Shown: in pieces, positions 54,903 through 64,000 of the stretch | Position numbering within the stretch: the stretch's first letter is position 1 | Layout: each line of letters opens with the position of its first letter | DNA from: Paraphysomonas bandaiensis | Taxonomy: Eukaryota; Protista; Chrysophyceae | Assembly (NCBI GenBank): GCA_965644295.1 | Contig: CBFFRP010000147.1 | Span: 62,001-126,000 of the forward strand | Direction of reading: 5' to 3' | DNA: 64,000 nt | The notes under the pieces: model-generated | Database searches by the model: none | What the model saw: the letters and a program-made list of their open reading frames with translations, nothing else | What the model was told of the DNA's origin: nothing | Program-made: the position numbers and the translations under genes

Positions 54903-56052
54903 CTACCACCCCGGACATGCAACCGCAGTGCTGCATGATGATGGAACGCCCCACGTATCATCGGCTGGCATCTCCTCGTTAAAGTCATGAAATCGTTGCC
55001 ACATCCAGTTGGCAACCCATGGGACACCCTTGTAAATATACAGTTACGCACGAGGCAAATTATACATTGATATTGTTTTCCATCTTACAAAGTATATACT
55101 AGAAGCACCACATGTATACCCACGCATACAGCATACACACATTGTAGTCCTAGTGGTACTATGTGTAAGTAACTGACCTTCATATAAAAGGCGTACGGCG
55201 TACTCAGCGAATTAGTCTCAAACCCATAACTAAAAATTCCAGCATCTCTGACAGCAGTACATAAATAAGACATGTCATAAGGGCTACTTGGCCTCGGCCA
55301 GACATTCCTTACTTGTCATATACTGAATACCAATCCACAAGTGTGTCTCCTACGGGAGAAGTGGAAGCGACAGGCATCAGCTTTGGGAAGTCAGGTGGTG
55401 GGGCATGAAAGGGTCGGCCGATGATACAGCACTCAGGAGCTCCTGGGGGGCGATCGTCATGGAGAACCACATATGATGTATTCGTGCTCCCTACCTGCCA
55501 TATATCACATTTTAATCACTTATGGTAATGCAAAACAACTTACGTTAACAAAGTCGCACGAATAATGGTTACCATGTCCCATGGAAGATAATGGATTTCC
55601 GAATACAGGAATACAGTACTCATCGTACTGCTCTTTCATGTTTCGTTCACCTGTATCTGAAGAAAAGATATCACGAGCAGACGACAATGCGGATAAGTAC
55701 TTCATCGCTTACCAGGATTGTTATAGTAGAAGGTCTTCCCTGTAGTTACATTGTAAGGAGTGAGAGGCAGAGGGTCATATGGGGGTTCATCTGAATCATC
55801 AGGTACAAAATAGAACTCCCAGTTAACGATGAACATATCAGGCCATCTGTGAGTGTTGTTGGATGAAGGGGAGGGAGGGGGAGGCTGAGGCATGTTAGGA
55901 CAAGGGCCTGATTCAGGATGCCAGTTATGAGCCCCCACTGTACAGGCGGGGCCTATATAGTCCTCCTCTGTGTGTCTATCAGATGAGGAGCGCATGCCGG
56001 GCCATCCCATACATGATGAGAAGAGAGTATAGAGTATAGCTATACGGAACAT
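54903..56052 (-). CDS. Secreted Cys-containing protein, possibly ependymin-related/LolA-like fold; about 5 exons
   Basis: Signal peptide, Pro-rich linker, WPDMFIVNW, GKTFYY, YDEYCIPVF, PECC..PPPDF, W..PSSC...CPGW*; the fold is an inference from the Cys pattern. Confidence 0.6.
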
Positions 56053-56119
56053 TGAGGTGTGTTGGTGACTGGGATGAGTGAGAGATTACGACAGCAGTGC
56101 ACTGGGCGACTGCGGCTCG

Positions 56120-56198
56120 ACATACATACATACATACATACATACATACATACATACATACATACATACATACATACATACATACATACATACATACA
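56120..56198. repeat. (ACAT)n microsatellite ~70 bp upstream of the secreted-protein gene
   Basis: Directly visible. Confidence 0.95.
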
Positions 56199-56249
56199 CA
56201 TATATGTATATGACACGCAATCTCCACTTAGCTCCACCTCCTACACACA

Positions 56250-57570
56250 CTCCCATACAAAAAAAACAGACCCCGTTTTTCTCGACTTGTTATATATGCC
56301 TATTTTTATAATTAACCTGAAAAAATAGTTTGATTTTTAGGTCTCAAATTCGACAAATCATTAAATTCTATGACTTTTTATACAGGGATAAATCAACATG
56401 CATATTGTGCGTATGCATGGTATGGTTGATATCAACTCACAGTGTACTGCAGGAAGAGGCAGTGTATCAGTGACTCTCAGAGCGATTGCGTACCATGAGG
56501 TGGTAGAGAACTCAATACACAGAGCTCATGCTCATTCAAATCACCCGATAAAGTGAAGGAAGGTTCATTAAAGGAGATCAAGCTGTCTTCCAACGGTTTC
56601 AATGCCAACACGTCACACAACAAACACACTAATTCGAGAAGATTCATGTTGAAACAACAGATTCATTGTACAGGCTTGAATGAAGAGGGTCAATGAAGAG
56701 GGTCAATGAAGAGGTGAATCGATTCTGTTATAAGCATGTTGAGTTTCTTAGAAGATGAGCATAATGGATTCAGTCGTTTCAATGATAAATCATTATGTAA
56801 AGATGAAAGGGAAGCTGATGTTACAAAACAATTGTATCAAGAAGCTTGTCGCGGGTTTATAATTTCGAAAAGAAATATCGATTTGCAAAATGAAATTAAT
56901 CACAAAAAGATATTGTTTACTTTGAAAGAGTGTGCTTAATATTTGCTTATTGGTTGTTGTTCTTTTTCGCTGTTGTTTGCATCAAATCTAAGAGAGATAG
57001 ATTGGAAAAATATTAGTCTTAATGACTATTGTGCGATATGCGTCATACCTGATTTTCAAGTATAAAAAGAGAGATTGCGAATAGAATCATGAAATGATGT
57101 AAACATGAAACTCTTGATTGTGGAGTGAAACCTGTTACATTTCTATTGAAACAGTCTTATTTGTGATGGACAACATCCATCAAACTAACTAACTGCTGTT
57201 GTTGGGTCACTTTCACATAATTATTACTCTTTGAAGAAAATAAAACCAAATCACCTTGTGGTATCTGATATGACAGAAATTATTCCTGTGTTAGATACAC
57301 AAGATTCAAAAGAAAGTTCCTATCAAGCCTTAAACGGTCCAGGCAATTTAGAGTAATTACATTTGTGATTGAAATTTTTTCACTTGCAGCAATAGATTTT
57401 TGTGTCCTGAGCACTTTAGTTTTGTTGTCACTTTTTTAATTTTCATATTAGTATTTTCTGTGTTTTGGTATATTTTACACAAGATTTCTATGAGATTGGT
57501 CATTGAGATACAGGAGTACCGAAGTGAACACTCTAAAAATTTTGTTGATAGCACCTTGTTTGTGTTTTCG
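56250..57570. other. AT-rich, probably transposon-derived relic of unknown family, with a 13-bp tandem repeat at 56679-56714
   Basis: Broken coding-like fragments next to hAT and Copia elements; no TIR pair found. Confidence 0.3.
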
Positions 57571-57574
57571 TAAT

Positions 57575-58013
57575 CTGGTTTGATTGAAATATATTTTATC
57601 GTGGCAGTAATGAAGAAGATGATGACAGTGAGAGTCTAGTTCAGAATGACGACGCAGCGCAACGTTTGATTGATGATAGCAGACAGCGGAAGCGAGCACG
57701 TCTTAACCAGCAAACTCGTTACCGCAGCATGAAGCACTTGCATGCCACAACAAATAAGGTTGAAAGCAAGGTTGTTCAGTAGAGCTAAGATTGTTATGAC
57801 GGATTTGCGCAAGAGTATGACTCCTCGGCATTTGGAATTAGTGATTTTTTTACGCACGAACCGTCGCCTCTGGAATAAAACGGCAGTTGGGGTAGCTGTA
57901 TTGGCAGCTAATGTAGTTTAGTATTAATTAATAGCAATAATTGAAATTGAAACAGCAAGTAATAATTGCCATTATGATTGACTATTAATTCAATTAATTG
58001 ATACGCAGCCCTG
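57575..58013 (+). mobile_element. hAT 3'-end fragment: decayed C-terminal dimerisation region plus TIR
   Basis: Reads ..KHLHATTNKVE/RLFSRAKIVMTDLRKSMTPRHLELVIFLRTNRRLW with one frameshift; TIR GATACGCAGCCCTG at 58000-58013; homologous to 22254-22650 (reverse). Confidence 0.8.
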
Positions 58014-58406
58014 ATAATGATATCTGAGTACCAATCGATGGAGTGTGTGTATTTGCCTCTTCCAGAAACATGGAGTGCTGGGTATGCAACTCTAGGAGGT
58101 ACTTTTAATATATTAGGGTCATGTATTTTATGGCCCCTTATTTTTTCTTATATTACTCGTAGCTCTATTGAAGCCTTCTGTCGCTTCTCTACTTCTACTC
58201 CCTGCTATTTTAAGGGAAGACGGAATAGTTTACGTTAAGTCAATATATCTTGATCGCAAAGTAAATGTATGTGATAGGAGCTAAGATACTTCTAATTTTA
58301 ATGGGCATAGAAAAGTTTTGTAGCTTGTTTAACTATTGTGTAGACACCTTTGATTATTCTTAAGTGAACTATGTAGTGGGTACTACAACAATACTATTGT
58401 ACGATA

Positions 58407-61400
58407 TGTTGAGTTCTGCAATATGATGTGATATATATTGTGCAATTGAAGTGAGTTAACAGTGTGCAATAGGTAAAGTCAACTCATAGGTGTAACGGGT
58501 GATTATAGTTACAAAGGAATTAAATTCAGTTACTGATGTGTGACTATACAAGATATAGAACTGACTGATGAACATATGATAAACAGGTGTTGCTGGGAAC
58601 AGATGTTTCAACATATGTTACACGAATATGTAGTGAAGTGTTCAGAATAATAATTATAATTTCTTACTTGAAAGTGCATTGTGTTCAACAGCAAGGTTAC
58701 GGTTTACGCGTAGAGCAAAGTTAACTTCAGTGAAATGTCCAAAGCTAACATGGTAGCGAGTGGTAGCACTGAAGAGACGAAGGAGGACAACAAGGTGCTG
58801 AAGTTCGACAAGTATCAGGCGGAGGCGTCTGCTCAAAAAATAAGGATTCATCTGATGAAGAAAAATCGGAACCATCTGGGGTTAGAGCCGAAACCTGCTG
58901 GAGGAGGCAGAGCACGAGAATTATGGCATGAGCGAAATGACACGTGTGTTGCAACGATTTGGGAGGCTTGTGAACATGACGCTGATGTATTGGAGGTTGC
59001 CAATCAATACATGGAGGCGAAGGCGTTACTTCCAGATGATGATCCCAATAAGGAAGTTTTGTCCAATGAAATGCTTCAGACGCTGGTGGATAGGTTTAGA
59101 GGGGAGTTGGGAAATGTACTCGAGAAGACTACAGCGGAATACCATAGCTTTAAAATTAGAGCCAATGAAAAGGTCGCTATTGGTATTGATAGGTTGAATG
59201 GGATAATACAGAAATTAACAAAGTTGGGACAGCCGCCAACCGAGGAGAGCAAGCTCGCCAAGATCAAAAAGTCCATACATACTCCAGAGCTGAAGGAGTT
59301 GTGGTTAGCTATTGCAATGCTGCCTAAAGCAACGACCACGTATCAGATAGTTAAAGACGCGTGCGAAGAATTTGATGAGGCTAAACGACAACTGGAGGAG
59401 TTCGAAATTGACAAACAAGGAGAACAGGTCAATATGCTCGGACCACAAGGAGGTGTGGAGAATGTCAAATGCTCATTCTGTATGAAAAAAGGGCATACTG
59501 CAAGTGTGTGTCGTGTCAAACACAAAATTAAAATTTTCCAGAAGTTCAAGCGAAATGGGAAGGCTAAAGCAAAGAATATGAGGAAAGGAGCGCAACAAGT
59601 GGGTTCAGAAGCATATACAGGGTGTTTTCATTGTGGTAGCAAAGAACACAAGGCTGCTGAGTGCAAAAGAGGGAACAAGAGGAAGATCGATAGAAAATAT
59701 GAGAAAAAAGGCTCCAAGAAGGTTAAGAAGAGTTCATCAGTGGGGTGGTCCAAATATGTAGATGATGACGTTTCATCTGGAGAGGAGACCAACATGATAG
59801 ATGGTGAAGTACTTCTGACTGAAACTGGAGATGAACGAGTGTACCTGGATAGTTGTGCTGGAAAGCAGTTGTTTATCGTCAAGGATGATAGAGTGCTGGA
59901 GAAGTATGTAGAAGAGCCGGGAGTAATATCACTGACCAAAAAGGGATCGGCGATGGAGACCCAAGGAGTGGGAAGTTTTCAGCAGTGGCACGGCATCAAA
60001 GTATGTAACGATGCAGTGAAGAATATTGTCTCTGGAGGTATGCTGCGGGCTATGGGGTATGGACTCGAATTACTGAGAGTACCAAAAATCGTAGAATTGA
60101 ACACTGGCAGAGAGGTGTTGGTTGGAAATTACGATGAGCATGGAGGAATGCCATGGGTGGCATTGCATGATGTGTTAAATTTACCTTGCATATCGTCCTG
60201 CCATTATGTAATGGGGGGGGGAAGCAGTGAAGTGATGCTGTCCGATACAGTTCAGCAGGACCCCCTCGATTTACTGCACGAAAGGGCCGGTCATGTTGCT
60301 AAGGGAAAACTACTGGAGGCTCATAGACATATGCTGATCAAGGGAACAGGGCTACAGCGACATCATTTATCTAAGACTACCAAAAAGAAGTGTGAGACCA
60401 GTTTGTGCAAGTGGTGTGCTAAGGCGAAGATCACTAGACATGCATTTCGAGGACAAAGTGACCAGAATGTAGAGATGAAGGCGACAGCATTTCTGGAGCG
60501 TATTACAGTGGATATTTCGGTTTATATGAATTGTCCATCTGTGGAGGGGTATAAGTACGCACTTGTATTTGTAGATACGGCTACGAAAGAATTCTGGGAA
60601 TACGGTCTACGAACGAGAACTGGGGATGAAGTGTTAAAATGCGTGAAGCATCTCTGTGAAGTCAGGCTACCAAAATACCCAGGGTGGAACAGGATACAGC
60701 AGTACCATGCTGACGGTGGACCAGAGTTGATGGACAGGCGAATCAAAGAATACTTGTTACAAAAATTTGGAACCACATTCTCCTACACTACTAGGGAGAC
60801 ACCAGAATTAAACGGTGTTTCAGAACGGAAATTCAGGACACTAGGAGAAATGACATTATCGCTTTTATTGTCATCGGGTATGCCAAAAGCGGAGTGGTGG
60901 AAAGCCTTTAGACATGCATGCTGGGTTCTTAGAAGATTACCCACAAAGACCTATAGAGGGTGGATGTCACCCTACGAGTGTGTTCCTGGAGGAACGGTGC
61001 CAGATTTTTCTTGGTTACGGAAATGGGGGTGCAAGGCATACGTTCTCATCCCGAAGGCAGATCGCAGGAAAGACTGGGAAGAAAAGGCACAGACTGGATA
61101 CTTTGTAGGGTTCCCAGAGGAGCAAATGGGATACCAAGTATTGATTGGAGATACTATAGTTACGTCTGTGCATGTTTTATTCGATGAATCTGTGCCTGAG
61201 AGATCGGCGGATTATTATCGAGAAATGGACGAGGCCATGGTTGCTGTGGATCCTCAGGAACGAAATATTAGAGACTTCGATTACTTAATCGGAAAGACCC
61301 ATGAAGATGGCGGCCACCTATACAAGACCACACGAATATTGGTTCGAAAAGGTTTGATTGTAGGGTATAGATCCCTATTGTCTGGTGGTGCGGAGCAAGT

Positions 61401-63740
61401 GGAAGATAAGACTCCTATTCACATCGCCGATATAAAGCGGATGAGTGAAGACCTTGCAACAAGAGCATCTGCAAGTTCTGGATCTCGTGACGACGGGACC
61501 AGCGGACATTTATCACAGCAGTTGACTGGGACGGTTCCATCCCCTTCTGACTTCGTAAGTGCTCCGGGAGAGGAAGCTCCATCAGATCGCTCATCAAGGG
61601 GCAGGCGTGCAATGGCTCCAAGGGTGGTGACGAATGTGTCAGTTTTGGGTGAGATGCATTTATTGTCGTCATGTGTCGAAGACGAGTGCAGCCTATTACA
61701 GGAGGCAGATTCCATCTGGTGCTCGTCAGCGGGACCTAAGGTGCCTCAGACATATTCCGAATCCTTGGAGTTGCCGGAACGGAAGCAATGGAGTTCAGCA
61801 AGACAAGCTGAACGTGACGGTTTAGAACGTAGGGGAGTCATGGAAGTTAAGCCCATCCCTACCGGAGTCACTCCATTGAAATCTAAGTATGTCTTTGCTT
61901 TGAAACGCAACAAGGAGGGTGCGATTCCACGATAGAAAGCAAGACTTGTGGTACTTGGATGCGGAGGCCATGAGGTTGGTAGAGCCAACAATTATACTCC
62001 AGTGGTAAAAGCGGTAACAGTAAGATTGTTATTAGCTATCGCGTTTGTTATGAATATGGTGGTGCATCAACTCGACGTATCTAATGCATTCTTGTATATG
62101 CAGATATAAAAGGAGATGTGTGTATAAGTATGCAACACCAGCAGATTTCAAATTGCCACCAGGATATTGCTTTAAACTGAAGAAAAGTTTATATGGTCTT
62201 CGAAGCTCACCACAGTCATGATGATAATATGCTGAGAGCATGTCGAGATACGAATATTATTTTGGAAATTAAGCGACGAGTATGTGAAAGGTTTGATATT
62301 ACAGATATGAATGAGAGTGGCCAGTTTTTTGAACGTGAGAGTGACGAGAACTCCGAATTGTCTCAAACTTGACCAGACAGTGTTCATCAAAAAGATATTG
62401 GTGAAGTATGTGGATTTTCTGGGTGCAAGGGACAAGACGCGGCTATACCCACTACCTAGTGATGTCAAAGTGGGAGTGGAACATGTGCATTCAGCTGAGG
62501 AGCAGAAGTTAGTTGATAATTTTCCCTATCGTCCACTCCTAGGAGCGTTACTCTATTTATCTATGAATACAAGGCCGGATATCTCATATGCAGTGGGAGT
62601 ATTGTCACGATTCTCAACGAAAGTTAATATCACTGTATGTAAGCTCCTGATGTATTTAATGCAGTATGTACGAGGTACTACAGATAAAGGCATTCATTAT
62701 AGAGGGAGAGATTTTGATCTTCATATGTTCACTGATGCTGACTGGGCAGGCGATCCGTTGACGAGGAGATCAACTTCAGGTTATGTTATGTTTGGAGCTG
62801 GTGGACCACTATCGTGGGGTTCCAAACTTCAGTCTACTGTAGCTACATCGACTATGCAAGCAGAGTATCAATGCTTATATAATGGATTACAGGAAATGAT
62901 ATGGTCTCGGGGGGTGACTGGTGAAGTAGGATTGAAAATTGACGAGCCCACACCATTATTCCTGGATAGTCAAAGTGCTCAGGATATATCGGAAAATCCA
63001 GTGCAACATCAACGATCGAAACATATTGAGATTAAGTATCATATGATTAGAGAGCATGTGGATCCCGAACAGTTTAATACAGCGAAATTAATTCATGTGA
63101 GCAGTCGACAACAGATGGCTGATATATATACCAAGGCTTTGAGAGGTCCAATATTCATTGAACAGAGGGAGCGAAATCTTGGGGGAAAATTTAAGACTAC
63201 TGAACAAATTATCGCAGAGGTACCCAAGGTAAAGAGAGCTCGTCGTACCTAGTTAGGTGTTACTGAATGGTGGGAGCTAGCTATACCAGCGGAGTCATAC
63301 GTCCACCAGTGTCCTATGAGGTTCGGTGGTTGCGTATCCGATAGCAATGTTCTTCACATATTTTAGAATGGTTAACTACATCCAATTGAGTGGGAGTGTT
63401 GAGTTCTGCAATATGATGTGATATATATTGTGCAATTGAAGTGAGTTAACAGTGTGCAATAGGTAAAGTCAACTCATAGGTGTAACGGGTGATTATAGTT
63501 ACAAAGGAATTAAATTCAGTTACTGATGTGTGACTATACAAGATATAGAACTGACTGATGAACATATGATAAACAGGTGTTGCTGGGAACAGATGTTTCA
63601 ACATATGTTACACGAATATGTAGTGAAGTGTTCAGAATAATAATTATAATTTCTTACTTGAAAGTGCATTGTGTTCAACAGCAAGGTTACGGTTTACGCG
63701 TAGAGCAAAGTTAACTTCAGTGAAATGTCCATTGTTAACA
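58407..63740 (+). mobile_element. Ty1/Copia LTR retrotransposon, structurally complete but RT-defective
   Basis: 344-bp LTRs 58407-58750 and 63397-63740 (TG..CA), 5-bp TSD CGATA, PBS TGGTAGCGAG abutting the 5' LTR, PPT GAGTGGGAG (63388-63396), domain order gag-PR-IN-RT-RH. Confidence 0.96.
58735..63252 (+). pseudogene. Copia gag-pol: gag-PR-IN open to 61935, RT disrupted, RNase H open to 63252
   Basis: Two CCHC knuckles, protease YLDSCA, HHCC, integrase D..D..E (VDIS/ADGG/NGVSER); stop at 61933 in R*KARLV; frameshifts after SNAFLY; deletion between SPQS and the DD motif; RH FTDADW..STMQAEY..DSQSA..KHIEIKYH..MADIYTK. Confidence 0.92.
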
Positions 63741-64000
63741 CGATACAAGAAACCTTTACTTACGGACATGAAACGTGAAAGTATATAGTCACTAACACTG
63801 TTACTGTAAATCTGTCAAGAAATAAACGGGTCGCGATTCTTCAAAATAACATAGCTACGTATATAAATCAGCAGCAACAATTCTACTGATGATGATACAC
63901 AGTACTACTCAACGGTTCTAGACTTTACATGAACAAAACGATTCCACAGTTCATTGGTGACCCAGTGCATTTCTTGGTGTGACATATTACTGTTTAAAGC

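Noticed and set aside
61930-62320. Programmed readthrough or frameshift in Copia pol
   Set aside because: Multiple lesions plus a deletion within the RT core indicate decay, not recoding.

Overview
Eukaryotic nuclear DNA in the standard code, with many short (mostly ~45-125 nt) spliceosomal introns. Gene content and a putative bipartite-targeted PgsA suggest a stramenopile/ochrophyte-like protist (inference). About 16 host genes: EthA-like flavin monooxygenase, ABCG half-transporter, PgsA, RPL10, a TrhO/TSTD2-like rhodanese plus a partial tandem copy, a PKA-like kinase, a coiled-coil membrane protein, a thioredoxin-fold protein, AP-3 sigma, an OSCA/TMEM63-like protein with polyQ and two WW domains, PP1, a FAAH-like amidase, a cNMP phosphodiesterase, an M32 carboxypeptidase, a GT34-like/beta-propeller glycosidase fusion, a tandem ATP-grasp ligase, Polycomb EED and an ependymin-like secreted protein. 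Twelve of them form six head-to-head pairs with TACA/TATG-rich or microsatellite intergenic regions. The mobile elements could be delimited by eye. They are an intact intron-containing pogo/Fot1-type DD35D transposon inserted in a microsatellite, a full-length Copia with a 5-bp TSD, near-identical LTRs and a destroyed RT, a solo LTR of that family, a 5'-truncated RNase H LINE with a 14-bp TSD, a hAT deletion derivative with an 8-bp TSD, and a 151-bp MITE family sitting upstream of three genes. The 1.6-kb tandem duplication carries a templated inverted insertion at its junction. No CRISPR array, rRNA or tRNA was seen. Exon boundaries were inferred by eye and no database search was run.
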